The notes beneath the pieces are model-generated. The model was not told the DNA's origin. It saw nothing but the letters and a program-made list of their open reading frames with translations, and searched no databases. DNA of 64,000 nt from a virus. A program made the translations under genes and the position numbers. This document shows positions 19,986 to 29,500 of the stretch, piece by piece (positions within the stretch are counted from its first letter, which is position 1; every line of letters begins with the position of its first letter). The stretch lies in the IMG/VR virus record IMGVR_UViG_3300048590_000661, positions 32,001 through 96,000 of that record. One strand, given 5' to 3'.

Positions 19986-22336
19986 TAGGTCCACATATTA
20001 TTAATGATAAGGCAAACTTAAGTTTATTACAAAAGTGGAACCCACCAGTTATTACTTTACTTGACCCTAATCCTGATTACTTGGTTAAAGTAAGAAATGC
20101 TGTGCCTGATGCTAAACTATTAGTTAGAATCTATATTCCTGACAATGAGGTCAGTGATGGAATTAAGACTAACCCAGTAGCATATGCTAAATATAGCCAT
20201 GACCTTACTATTCAAAAATATGGGCACGTTTTAACATCAATTGATTATGTTCAAATAGCTAATGAAGTATTACAACATAATGAAGAGTTAACACTACTAG
20301 CGAATTACGAATTAGAACGCATGAGATTAGCAGATGCATCTAAGCTATATAAGTGCGGTATTTTTGCCTTTTCTGTTGGCAATCCAGATGTGCCTAATTG
20401 GGAGCTTTATTTAAGTGGTGCACTAGAATATGCAGATAAGTATAATCATGTAGTCGTAGTGCATCAATATAGTAAACCACCAAGTATGTGGACACCTGGT
20501 CCTGATTGGCATATTCATAGGTTAGAACATAAAGTATTGCCATTATTGAGTAACTATACGTCATTGAAATATATCGTTGCAGAATATGGACTAGATGATT
20601 TACTTTATGGTAACGGCACAAAAGGCGGATATAAAAAGTTTATTTCGGCTGAAGAATACGCTAATCAACTTATTAATATAGGTTCATATATTTATCAATT
20701 TTCAGATAAGGTATTAGGGTATTGCATTTTCACGTTGGGAACTGGTAGTAGTGATTGGATTACATATGATATTAGTGGTGAAGTGGAAGGTATTTTAGCA
20801 GCATATTATGAGCAGAATAAAGTACTACCAAAATGGAGAAATAATACAACGATGACAAAATATAAAGTGCGAATAACCGCTAATGCTGGGTTAAACGTTA
20901 GGAGTAAACCAAATACTACTGCTCAAATAGTTGAAACTCTACTCAGTAATACAATTGTAGAAGTTACAGATTATAACAGTGAATGGCTAAAATATAATAG
21001 TGGTTATATTTTTAAAGCATATACAAGTTCTAATTTAACAGTGTCTACAAACGATAAATTAGCCGAGTACGCTAAAGCCAACGAGCTAGATAAATACTTA
21101 TTACAAGCTTTGACAAATATAGAGAGCGGAGCAAATGGGTTTCAAAATGGTAGATTACTAATTAGAGTTGAAGCACATTTGCTATTATCGGCTGCACCGG
21201 AACTTAGCCAATTTTTTAGTTACAACCCTAATAACCGATTTTTTGACCACTTTTTTAACGGGCAAAAATATCATGGCAACCAAGATAAAGAATGGCAAGC
21301 GTTTGATTTTGCTAGGCGCAAACATGCATTAGCTACCTATAATTCAACCAGTTATGGAAAATTTCAAATCTTAGGGTCTAATTATGCATCACTTGGGTTT
21401 AATTCTGCTGAAGATATGTTTAACTATTTATCCGCCAACGAAGATAACCACTACACGGTATTCTTTCGTTATTTAGAAAATTTTAATTTACTTCAACCAA
21501 TTCAAAATAAAGATTTTGTTGCAATCACAAGTATTTATAATGGTCCTGGTAATGTGGCACACTATTCTAAATTGTTAGAACAAGAATATAACCGTATTAA
21601 ACCTAAAGGCGATATAATAGAAGTGCCTGTAGAAATTCTAGAACCTATTATTATAGAGGATGAAAAGGAACCGGATGTGACAGAACAGCAATATAACGAA
21701 TTACTAGAACTAGTGATTAATAATTCTAATACCATTAATACTATTCTAGCAGTCATAAATAAGCTCAGTTTGCGCTTAGATAGTTTAGAAGCTTATATAC
21801 TATCAGAACCAGATAAAGAGCCTGTAGAGCCTGAGAAACCACCTATTAAACCTAGTAACGTAGACGTCGGCACTGGGCTAAAAGAGTTCTTTGATAAGGG
21901 TATTTTTAAAGTAAAACAAGGCAATGAATTTAAGTTAGTTGAAGTATTTTCTATTCAAGATGGAAGCTGGGATGTCTCTTCAAAAAGATTTTCAATAGAC
22001 CAACGCTTTAGAGATAAGTGGTTAAGACCAACTAATAGCCCTGAGTATATCGGAAGTGGCGATCACGCATTGAGTGTTTTAGTTGAAGATAAGGATGGTA
22101 ATCGACTTGAAAATGTTCCTATTACATTTAAATCAAATGGCGAACCGCCACTAATTGTTAATAGGGTTACAAAGCAAGGTAGCGGATATGAAAATCTAGA
22201 GCTTTATTCTGGACAGAATTTCAGTGAAACTAGTGGTGGTCCGTGGAGTGTTATTGTAGGTGATTTTGAATTTTCAGGTGGCGGAATGTATTCTAATCAT
22301 CACATTTCAACTATACTTATAATTCAAAAACAATAA
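19982..22336 (+). CDS. multidomain endolysin (GH-like N-terminal domain, SH3b, N-acetylmuramidase DUF3380-like, coiled coil, C-terminal domain)
   Basis: NE...H.Y...AEYG glycosidase-like barrel; GLNVRSKPNT SH3b; IESG...I.VEAH...STSYGKFQILGSNY...YNGPG muramidase. Confidence 0.85.
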   Translation: MIGPHIINDKANLSLLQKWNPPVITLLDPNPDYLVKVRNAVPDAKLLVRIYIPDNEVSDGIKTNPVAYAKYSHDLTIQKYGHVLTSIDYVQIANEVLQHNEELTLLANYELERMRLADASKLYKCGIFAFSVGNPDVPNWELYLSGALEYADKYNHVVVVHQYSKPPSMWTPGPDWHIHRLEHKVLPLLSNYTSLKYIVAEYGLDDLLYGNGTKGGYKKFISAEEYANQLINIGSYIYQFSDKVLGYCIFTLGTGSSDWITYDISGEVEGILAAYYEQNKVLPKWRNNTTMTKYKVRITANAGLNVRSKPNTTAQIVETLLSNTIVEVTDYNSEWLKYNSGYIFKAYTSSNLTVSTNDKLAEYAKANELDKYLLQALTNIESGANGFQNGRLLIRVEAHLLLSAAPELSQFFSYNPNNRFFDHFFNGQKYHGNQDKEWQAFDFARRKHALATYNSTSYGKFQILGSNYASLGFNSAEDMFNYLSANEDNHYTVFFRYLENFNLLQPIQNKDFVAITSIYNGPGNVAHYSKLLEQEYNRIKPKGDIIEVPVEILEPIIIEDEKEPDVTEQQYNELLELVINNSNTINTILAVINKLSLRLDSLEAYILSEPDKEPVEPEKPPIKPSNVDVGTGLKEFFDKGIFKVKQGNEFKLVEVFSIQDGSWDVSSKRFSIDQRFRDKWLRPTNSPEYIGSGDHALSVLVEDKDGNRLENVPITFKSNGEPPLIVNRVTKQGSGYENLELYSGQNFSETSGGPWSVIVGDFEFSGGGMYSNHHISTILIIQKQ

Positions 22337-22340
22337 ATAT

Positions 22341-22385
22341 AAGCACTAGCGAATAATATACTAAATAAAGTATTCGCTAGTGCTT
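22341..22385. terminator. 15-bp hairpin at a convergent gene junction
   Basis: AAGCACTAGCGAATA-N15-TATTCGCTAGTGCTT between the lysin and HNH genes, overlapping the HNH stop region. Confidence 0.65.
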
Positions 22386-23338
22386 TCTATATAATAATGT
22401 TCAAAAGCTTGTATTAATGCGTCCCTGTATTTCCATTCTTCCCCCATCCAAGTTTCTAATTCATTAAGGGTATTAGTCTTTGTTCCGTAAGTAGAATGAA
22501 AATTTTTGTGACACGGTTCGCAAAGCGTAATCAAATTTGAATGTTCATCAAATAATTTTAAATAAGTAGTTAAATCATAAATGTGGTGAACTGCTTTGCG
22601 ATGCTTCTTAGTTCCACAATTTTGACATTGGACATTGTCACGTTGACGAATTAATTTAACAGGCACTCTATCTCTGTAGTCTTTTTTAGTTGCGTTATCT
22701 AGCTTCTCTGCTTTCCAACTAGTACTTTTGCTACCCGAATTACTTTTATTTACATCAATTCGTAAGCATCCACATGATTTTGTCGTATTGCGTGATAGTG
22801 AGTGCCCGCTAACAATGACCTTACTACCACAATCGCATTCGCAATTATATTTCCACCCCTCGTTTTTTGTAATTTCATATCTACTAACTACTAATAATCG
22901 CCCAAATTTTTGCCCTGTTAAATCATTAGAATGAGCGCACTTAACACAAGAATAACTTTTGTTTTTATTTGTTAAACTAGAAATCTCAACTTTGTATAAA
23001 TTATTACACTTTAAGCATTTGCACGAAAAATATCTGCGTGACTTACCATCTTTGCCTACTTTTTTATCTAACTCTTCTATTACTTCCCAATTTTTAAATA
23101 TATCCCCAGGATTAATAACTAATTGCTTAGCTAATCCGTTACATTTTTTGCAGCAAAAATCAACATTAGGATTAACTAAACTACTAAGATAAATTGTATA
23201 ATTAATGCCACATTTCAAACATTTACACAAAAATGACCTAGACTTAACTCCATTTTCTGCACCACGCTTATCTACTTCCTCAATTACTTCCCAACTCTTG
23301 AATATATCTCCAGGTTTAACATCCCATTTTTGGGCCAA
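22361..23338 (-). CDS. HNH homing endonuclease, paralog family copy 1 (modules A-A-B-HNH)
   Basis: Two W.VIEE.DK...C.CL.C modules, one DLTGQKFGRL...KSCGC module, then RDNVQCQNCG...HHI...NLITLC..CH. Confidence 0.85.
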   Translation of the reverse strand: MAQKWDVKPGDIFKSWEVIEEVDKRGAENGVKSRSFLCKCLKCGINYTIYLSSLVNPNVDFCCKKCNGLAKQLVINPGDIFKNWEVIEELDKKVGKDGKSRRYFSCKCLKCNNLYKVEISSLTNKNKSYSCVKCAHSNDLTGQKFGRLLVVSRYEITKNEGWKYNCECDCGSKVIVSGHSLSRNTTKSCGCLRIDVNKSNSGSKSTSWKAEKLDNATKKDYRDRVPVKLIRQRDNVQCQNCGTKKHRKAVHHIYDLTTYLKLFDEHSNLITLCEPCHKNFHSTYGTKTNTLNELETWMGEEWKYRDALIQAFEHYYIESTSEYFI

Positions 23339-23363
23339 TACTTAACTCCTTAATAGAAACCAT

Positions 23364-23399
23364 ATAGAGATAATATCTAGTTAAAGATATTATCTCTAT
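23364..23399. terminator. 15-bp hairpin terminator
   Basis: ATAGAGATAATATCT-AGTTAA-AGATATTATCTCTAT followed by a T run on the + strand. Confidence 0.65.
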
Positions 23400-23494
23400 T
23401 TTTTATATCTAATTCTATCACCTCTACTAGCGGCTACACATGCACAATATACTATAATTGTAGCTATAAGTGGTGCTAGTAGGCATAGTAACAT
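23396..23494 (-). CDS. small membrane protein (32 aa, not in ORF track)
   Basis: MLLCLLAPLIATIIVYCACVAASRGDRIRYKK*; TAATG coupling to the upstream gene. Confidence 0.5.
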   Translation of the reverse strand: MLLCLLAPLIATIIVYCACVAASRGDRIRYKK

Positions 23495-23853
23495 TAGCTA
23501 ATATCTCTTTTGCTAACGTTAAAGTATGGATTTAGATATACATCGTCGGTCATTTTAAAACCTGCCGTTAGCATAGCAATAATAGCCTCACCATTATAAA
23601 TATATTCATCAAGTGATTTGGTTAGATGTTTAGCAATAACTTGGCTATTATGGTCACGATTAAAAGACTGAATTTTAGTGAATTTATTGGCGATAAAATT
23701 GGCGGCTTTAACTATTCGTGCCATAGATGTACTATCATAGAACTTTGCACGGTCTGCTTCCCATTCTTGTAAACTAGGGTAAAAACCATGTCCATTCATA
23801 GATACTTCTGGAAAGGTTTTAATTACTTCTTTGATGTCTGCTTCAGTATACAT
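23494..23853 (-). CDS. hypothetical phage protein
   Basis: 119-aa ORF with AGGAG ribosome-binding site. Confidence 0.65.
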   Translation of the reverse strand: MYTEADIKEVIKTFPEVSMNGHGFYPSLQEWEADRAKFYDSTSMARIVKAANFIANKFTKIQSFNRDHNSQVIAKHLTKSLDEYIYNGEAIIAMLTAGFKMTDDVYLNPYFNVSKRDIS

Positions 23854-23938
23854 GATATAATTTTTCTCCTGCTAAATAAACAACGTTACCTAATAAATAA
23901 CCTATTATTAATATTAATAATATAGTACTCATAAACTA

Positions 23939-24271
23939 TTATTCCAATAATCTATCTACAAATTCACAATCAAGTACTAATGTATATTTAATAACTTCAT
24001 TCTCACCTGGCGAAACGTTTGTTATTTCTAGCCTATCTGTTTTGCAATTTAAAAACTCATAGACTATATCACCATTATTAACGACAAATAAGTTACTTCC
24101 ATCAATAAAATGTTGCACATAATCTATCATTTCTTTTGTAAATACAGATAGATATACCACAGCATCGCCATCAGAAAATATTGTGATTTTATCAATCTCT
24201 GCTTGCTCTAGCTCTATTTTATCGTGGAATACTTTATTAGCAATATTTTTATAATATAGCATATTCATCAC
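23939..24271 (-). CDS. hypothetical protein
   Basis: 110-aa ORF in a tightly packed minus-strand operon. Confidence 0.55.
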   Translation of the reverse strand: MMNMLYYKNIANKVFHDKIELEQAEIDKITIFSDGDAVVYLSVFTKEMIDYVQHFIDGSNLFVVNNGDIVYEFLNCKTDRLEITNVSPGENEVIKYTLVLDCEFVDRLLE

Positions 24272-24800
24272 CTTTCAGAAAGTCATAGCCTAAGTCAATT
24301 AATAGTTGATATAATTCTTTACGAGTATTATTATGTAAAGATATTTTATTTAGGTTCTTTTGTAACCACTCTGTACTATCCCAATTACCTTGATATGTTC
24401 TATTAGCACCATGCCAATCTGCCACCATTTCTCTGATATACTTACTTGGCATTGCTAGGATGTATTTAGGTGAAATTACCCAATGTTCATGGTGGTGTGG
24501 GTTATGGATTACATGATGGTGCCAAGCATAACCAAACCCTAACTTAATTTCATCAGTTACATTCTCATAAGTAAATCGTTTAATATAATGTGGGAGTTCA
24601 TCATGATTTAATTTACTTAAGTCATGTATTGATAATAGATTTGGTATACCCCCAATTTTATTTCCAAATTCTATCACATATGACACATGCTGTATCAACC
24701 CATCAATATATTTACGAGTTAGATTATAGTCTATTTCAAACATATCTGTATAATATAAGACTGTTTCGTCTGTAATATCTAAAATAGGATTATTAACCAT
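24249..24800 (-). CDS. DUF5662-like HD-type protein
   Basis: HDLSK...AWHHHVIHNPHHHEHW...MP..Y..EMVADW motif. Confidence 0.7.
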   Translation of the reverse strand: MVNNPILDITDETVLYYTDMFEIDYNLTRKYIDGLIQHVSYVIEFGNKIGGIPNLLSIHDLSKLNHDELPHYIKRFTYENVTDEIKLGFGYAWHHHVIHNPHHHEHWVISPKYILAMPSKYIREMVADWHGANRTYQGNWDSTEWLQKNLNKISLHNNTRKELYQLLIDLGYDFLKGDEYAIL

Positions 24801-25215
24801 TAATAACTTCACTTTCATTAGTTAGATAATTATAGACATATATCTTTAACTTATGCTTCTTAGTTATTTTTAGCATATCTTTACTACCGCTTGACTTCCC
24901 ATCATAAATAAGAATTAAGGCATCTGCATATTCTGCCATTTGTCGGTTACGAACTGTACCTGCTGCTGCGTTATATTCCTTGCCAAACTTATTAAGTTTA
25001 CGTACAACAATTGGTAAGTCAAAATTATTCCACTCTGCTATGAATGGTTCTATGTGTATATCATTTGCAATGGCAAATTCTTCACCAAAACTATCTATTC
25101 CATCTGCTTTACCTGATACAACTTCTGTAATGTCATCTAAGAATGGACAACTATTCATACCACTTATGAAATCTGCATAAGTTGCATGTCTGCTACCCGC
25201 TATAATTGTTTTCAT
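24793..25215 (-). CDS. SLOG/YspA-like (DUF2493) nucleotide-binding protein
   Basis: MKTIIAGSR...EVVSGKADGID...AAG.VRNRQMAEYADALI..DGKS.GSKDM. Confidence 0.8.
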   Translation of the reverse strand: MKTIIAGSRHATYADFISGMNSCPFLDDITEVVSGKADGIDSFGEEFAIANDIHIEPFIAEWNNFDLPIVVRKLNKFGKEYNAAAGTVRNRQMAEYADALILIYDGKSSGSKDMLKITKKHKLKIYVYNYLTNESEVING

Positions 25216-25447
25216 AAATTTCTATATCTTTCTTTAATAATTGAATAGTAGTATCTTTCGCTGCGACGGTCCTATTAATGTCATTCATAATACTATGCCA
25301 CGTTTCAATTTCACTAATTAAGTCCGCAATAACTTCGTCTACTTCGTGTGCGTCATAATAATCGCCAATGTCATAATAGCTTCTTTCGTATTCGCCAGTC
25401 CATTGATTGTAAGACACATCAAATCGTCGCAAATTGTTCATTAGCAT
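25193..25447 (-). CDS. hypothetical protein
   Basis: 84-aa ORF overlapping the next gene in the operon. Confidence 0.55.
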   Translation of the reverse strand: MLMNNLRRFDVSYNQWTGEYERSYYDIGDYYDAHEVDEVIADLISEIETWHSIMNDINRTVAAKDTTIQLLKKDIEIYENNYSG

Positions 25448-25454
25448 CTGCTTT

Positions 25455-25658
25455 CTAAAGTATCAACCCTAATGCAATATAAAATATAAATACTACAACC
25501 ATAACAATAAAATACACAACCATAAAACATGCAGTTACATTACGTGCCTGTTTATAATGTTCTGCTCTAAAATACAAATGTAAAATTATATTCTGTAGCA
25601 ACATTCCAAGTAATATTAACAATACTACTACTGTCATAACTACTACTAATTCTATCAT
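25455..25658 (-). CDS. small membrane protein (2 TM)
   Basis: Two hydrophobic helices. Confidence 0.55.
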   Translation of the reverse strand: MIELVVVMTVVVLLILLGMLLQNIILHLYFRAEHYKQARNVTACFMVVYFIVMVVVFIFYIALGLIL

Positions 25659-25762
25659 AATTTACTCTTACTTACGCCACTGTTACACCATTCCTTATTC
25701 TATCATATAATACTATTTTATGGGAAAATCAACATAAATAGGAGTAGCAATAGTTATATGAA

Positions 25763-25948
25763 TTAACTCATATTTTTGCAAACACCCATTGCTACATATA
25801 GTGTCCATAACCCTAAAGTTAGGAACGCCCATCCAGCACCAAAAAAGTACCAAATAGATGCACTTAATAGTATCATTCCAATCCAAACAAAACACCCAGT
25901 AATAATTATTCTAGTATCTTCTTGTGTTGCTTTAGGCTCATTACTCAT
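25763..25948 (-). CDS. small membrane protein (2 TM)
   Basis: 61 aa with two hydrophobic segments, packed in the operon. Confidence 0.55.
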   Translation of the reverse strand: MSNEPKATQEDTRIIITGCFVWIGMILLSASIWYFFGAGWAFLTLGLWTLYVAMGVCKNMS

Positions 25949-25949
25949 A

Positions 25950-26153
25950 TTATAGATCCTTCCATACTTCTACAAATAAACCTTTAATATCTGACATTAC
26001 CGTGAATAGTGAAATTAGAGCTTTAATGTTCCCATGAATTTCAAATACTTCACTAACTGAAAAACTATTTAAATGGTCCATAAATGCTTGCTCTGCTTCA
26101 TCCGAATAAAACCTATCTTCCCATAATTTTAGTAGCTTAAGAAATCTTTCCAT
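25950..26153 (-). CDS. hypothetical protein
   Basis: 67-aa ORF with TAATG coupling. Confidence 0.55.
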   Translation of the reverse strand: MERFLKLLKLWEDRFYSDEAEQAFMDHLNSFSVSEVFEIHGNIKALISLFTVMSDIKGLFVEVWKDL

Positions 26154-26560
26154 TATCCTAATACCTTTCTAATTATTCCACTTGGTGTTTTATTAATTTT
26201 ACCTGATGGTATTTTTAATTCTTTGATTTTATTTAACCTTGTATTACCATTTATTTTTTCTTCAGTAATTGGTAATATATCTGCATACATTGGTAATGTA
26301 TTTAGATGAACAAACAATATTTCTTCTGCTAATTCTAAATCTTTTTCTAGCACATAAAACCCTAACCCATGCCCATCCATAAAAGTATTATCTATTGTAT
26401 CATAAATTGGTATATCATATTCTAAAAGTAATTGCTCAATATAAAGGCTTTTATATTGTGTTAACATTAAAAACTCTATTTTTTTAGTCTTTTTACCCAG
26501 CCTTTCAAAGAATAAAAGTATTATTAATAATGCAATAACTATACCACCAATAATAATCAT
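26153..26560 (-). CDS. membrane-anchored hypothetical protein
   Basis: N-terminal transmembrane helix, then IEQLLLEYDIP...FYV....ELAEEIL. Confidence 0.55.
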   Translation of the reverse strand: MIIIGGIVIALLIILLFFERLGKKTKKIEFLMLTQYKSLYIEQLLLEYDIPIYDTIDNTFMDGHGLGFYVLEKDLELAEEILFVHLNTLPMYADILPITEEKINGNTRLNKIKELKIPSGKINKTPSGIIRKVLG

Positions 26561-26841
26561 ACTATACCAAACGCTTCCTTAATAATACTAGCTGGCTTAT
26601 CTGGAATCATATAACACATATTACCCTTATGTGTAAAATGCTTGCCATGTTTGCGAAACATACTTATTACATTAGTATCTAATATTTTAATATCACTAAA
26701 TTCAAAAAGAACTTCATCTGAGCAAAAATCTACTATATCATTTCTTAGTTTTTCAGTGGCGCATAATAAGATATAGTCATCCGTACTATATTTAAAATAT
26801 ATTAGATATTCTGGCTCAATTTTTTGGCTGAAGAATTTCAC
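26557..26841 (-). CDS. hypothetical protein
   Basis: 94-aa ORF with 4-nt start/stop overlaps on both sides. Confidence 0.55.
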   Translation of the reverse strand: MKFFSQKIEPEYLIYFKYSTDDYILLCATEKLRNDIVDFCSDEVLFEFSDIKILDTNVISMFRKHGKHFTHKGNMCYMIPDKPASIIKEAFGIV

Positions 26842-27275
26842 AATATTATCCTAATATCTACTTTATGTTCTTCTGCAAACGTAACAAAACTTTGTTCTAA
26901 CCATTCAAATTCATTATTAATATTATCTAAAATACTACTGTGAAAAATTAAATTATATGGTGTATTATATGAATTAAAAATCATAATAAAATGCTCTAAT
27001 ACAGAAAACAATTCAGTTTCATTAATACGCTTATTTTTAATGCAATCTACAAATAAAATAAAGAAACAATTATCTTTTGGTGGAGCATATTTACATAAGA
27101 TACCATAATCTACTTCCCCCTCAAATTCGCGAATACTTACTGCATTTTCGCCATATAGACTAATTAAAGATTCTGGAATATATGAGGATTTAGGGTTTAA
27201 TCTTGAATACGATATCGGCGCAATAACTGTATCATTTTCTTGCAGTTTGTAATTAGTGCCCATTATTTTTATCAT
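26838..27275 (-). CDS. hypothetical protein, possibly a degenerate macro-like fold
   Basis: 145-aa alpha/beta ORF; only a weak resemblance to macrodomains. Confidence 0.4.
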   Translation of the reverse strand: MIKIMGTNYKLQENDTVIAPISYSRLNPKSSYIPESLISLYGENAVSIREFEGEVDYGILCKYAPPKDNCFFILFVDCIKNKRINETELFSVLEHFIMIFNSYNTPYNLIFHSSILDNINNEFEWLEQSFVTFAEEHKVDIRIIL

Positions 27276-27826
27276 ATTTTATCTAACCTTAGATGATTTG
27301 CATCAATAATACAATTATTAATAAAGAAAAGGATATAACAAATAGTACTAAATACTAGATTATTATATATTGGTAATAATATACTAAAATTAGTAGTAAC
27401 TAATAAATATACACCTATTGTCATAGTTAAGAAATATATATTTCTTAATAAAGTGCTCCATATATAACTATGGCTTAATTTATGTCGGTGTGGTATTAGT
27501 GAATATATTGACCAAAACAACATTGTAGTATATATAATTATTTGTTTAATAAGATTGGCTATCGGGTATGGAACCCTTAGATAATTACGCATAAAATAAT
27601 ATAATCCAATAGCCAATTCTGTTTCATTAATAGTAGCTACTTGTTGTTGGTCTAAATCTGGTCCATATAAATATCCGAATAATAATCCTAATATACAGCT
27701 TAAAAAGAATTGCCAAAAAAGAAAACCAAAAATCAAATAGGAAATTATGAATAATATAGAATAAAGTAATAACAGTTTTTTAATTAACTTTCTATTTGAT
27801 TTTTGGTGTACTTTACCGCTAGCCAT
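27272..27826 (-). CDS. DUF2227-like membrane metal-binding protein
   Basis: MASGKVH...GPDLD...IPHRHKLSH...H...D with transmembrane helices. Confidence 0.7.
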   Translation of the reverse strand: MASGKVHQKSNRKLIKKLLLLYSILFIISYLIFGFLFWQFFLSCILGLLFGYLYGPDLDQQQVATINETELAIGLYYFMRNYLRVPYPIANLIKQIIIYTTMLFWSIYSLIPHRHKLSHSYIWSTLLRNIYFLTMTIGVYLLVTTNFSILLPIYNNLVFSTICYILFFINNCIIDANHLRLDKI

Positions 27827-27828
27827 TA

Positions 27829-28038
27829 TTAACCGTCTCTTTCTTTAATCTTAAAATGATCTAATAGATAGCGTCTATCAATCTCTAATGGGATATTTCT
27901 ATCTTCTACTCTATCAGGAATAAACCGAAACCAGAAACCCTTATAATAAAACACTGAAATGCCATCTATAATGACCCCTGGTATTTTATAATCGTTAATA
28001 TATCCATAGATTTTTTTCAGTTTATGTAGCCCAAACAT
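27829..28038 (-). CDS. hypothetical protein
   Basis: 69-aa ORF overlapping the primase end. Confidence 0.5.
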   Translation of the reverse strand: MFGLHKLKKIYGYINDYKIPGVIIDGISVFYYKGFWFRFIPDRVEDRNIPLEIDRRYLLDHFKIKERDG

Positions 28039-28844
28039 GCCTTAATACTTTCATCGGACATTTCATCAGGCATAGTTTTATTAATAATAACCCTATGCGC
28101 TTGGTTGTTTGCTTTAATTTTCATACGCTTCTTATTAACCCTATCTAGTAAGTTACCGTGTCTATCAGTGTCATAATCGAGCATCCAAACTACGTTATCT
28201 AACCCACTTAAGTATTCAAACTGAGCATTAGTAGGCCCAAACGATAGCCCAGCAAATAGGTTATAACTAATGCCTACCTCTTTACTTACTTGCCAAAATC
28301 GCATAACTGACCAAGCACCCTCAAAGATAATAGTCTGATGTTCTGGATTAAATTCGTGTATATTCCAAAATGGACACGGTGTTTCTATATAAAGTTTTTT
28401 ATATTTTGGTTTGCGGTTAGCGTACCTAATTAATGAGCCTACTCTAATGTTACTTTCGTTTTTAATAGGGATAATTATGTCATCGTTAATGACTTCTAAA
28501 CCAAAATAACGAGCGGTTTCTTTATTGATATTTCTAGAGTTAATATAGGGCGTATATTTCTGCCGTCCTACTGTTTTCAAAAAGTCGTCATGGTCTAGTC
28601 TTTGGTCATTATTTGTGAATAAAATTGGATCAGCATTCTCTAAGTAAAACTGTTTTTCATCTTCAGAATAGTTATTATAATTTAACCAGTCCCCAATACC
28701 ACCACCAATATGAAGACTATACCACCACCACCTATTTTCTTCGGGCCAGATAATAAGGGAATCGTGTTGACTAGTTGATAAAATACCATTACCAACACGT
28801 ACTATTTGATATTGTTCTGCAATTAGGTTAACAAGATCGCTCAT
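28017..28844 (-). CDS. DnaG-like (Toprim) DNA primase
   Basis: HDSL.I.P..N.WWW.S...GG N-terminal domain, YINSRNI, IIIPI, FEG...D.D Toprim residues. Confidence 0.7.
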   Translation of the reverse strand: MSDLVNLIAEQYQIVRVGNGILSTSQHDSLIIWPEENRWWWYSLHIGGGIGDWLNYNNYSEDEKQFYLENADPILFTNNDQRLDHDDFLKTVGRQKYTPYINSRNINKETARYFGLEVINDDIIIPIKNESNIRVGSLIRYANRKPKYKKLYIETPCPFWNIHEFNPEHQTIIFEGAWSVMRFWQVSKEVGISYNLFAGLSFGPTNAQFEYLSGLDNVVWMLDYDTDRHGNLLDRVNKKRMKIKANNQAHRVIINKTMPDEMSDESIKACLGYIN

Positions 28845-28850
28845 ATCAAT

Positions 28851-28879
28851 ATTATACTACACTTTCTATAATTTGTCAA
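28851..28879 (-). promoter_or_regulatory. sigma70-type promoter for the primase operon
   Basis: TTGACA-17 nt-TATAAT on the minus strand. Confidence 0.75.
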
Positions 28880-29421
28880 GCACCACATTTTACGATGTGA
28901 ATCACCCAAAAGTAGTTGTTATGCCCTTCACTCATACTTATACCTATTTGGTTAGCTTCTTGAAAAAAACTTGTTAATCCTAACAATATATTTTTATGCC
29001 TTTGACTATTCATAAGTGAATTAAATGCTACTGTTGGGTCTTTTGTGCCAATTACTAAAACCTCAACGAAATTACCTTTATCTTCATAAGGAATTTTACA
29101 CCCGAACCTTTTAACAATTTCATTAGGATGCTCGCCTGTAGGACTGATATGCGTATAATAATTTTTAAGAGCCATATCATTAGTTTTATATGATGATGAC
29201 TTATATAAATTTTGGTTACAAGCAAGTACCCTTTTTTGTTCAGGATGCTTAATTACTAAGTTAAAAAACTCTAACTCATTATCAGTAAAATCACATGGGT
29301 TAGTTTTCTCCCTATTAAAAGCTATTGGTATATATGTAGTATATGGTAATGTATCGCCTTGCATATGTACTCCTGGTACTAGTACTATTAAAAATACTAG
29401 TACCGATAAAATATTTGCCAT
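28876..29421 (-). CDS. secreted CAP (SCP-like) domain protein
   Basis: Signal peptide; DMA..NYYTH.SP.G...E....G......LMNSQRH.NILLG...IGI. Confidence 0.8.
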   Translation of the reverse strand: MANILSVLVFLIVLVPGVHMQGDTLPYTTYIPIAFNREKTNPCDFTDNELEFFNLVIKHPEQKRVLACNQNLYKSSSYKTNDMALKNYYTHISPTGEHPNEIVKRFGCKIPYEDKGNFVEVLVIGTKDPTVAFNSLMNSQRHKNILLGLTSFFQEANQIGISMSEGHNNYFWVIHIVKCGA

Positions 29422-29500
29422 TATTTCTGGAAAACTATTACATTAGCAGGTAGCCCATCTAGCAGATATTCTACTTTATCTAATTGTAATTTTCAAGTAA

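Noticed and set aside
23424-23482. Possible structured RNA (CTACTAGC/GCTAGTAG and GCTACA/TGTAGC pairings)
   Set aside because: The region is fully explained by a coupled 32-aa membrane-protein ORF (23396-23494).
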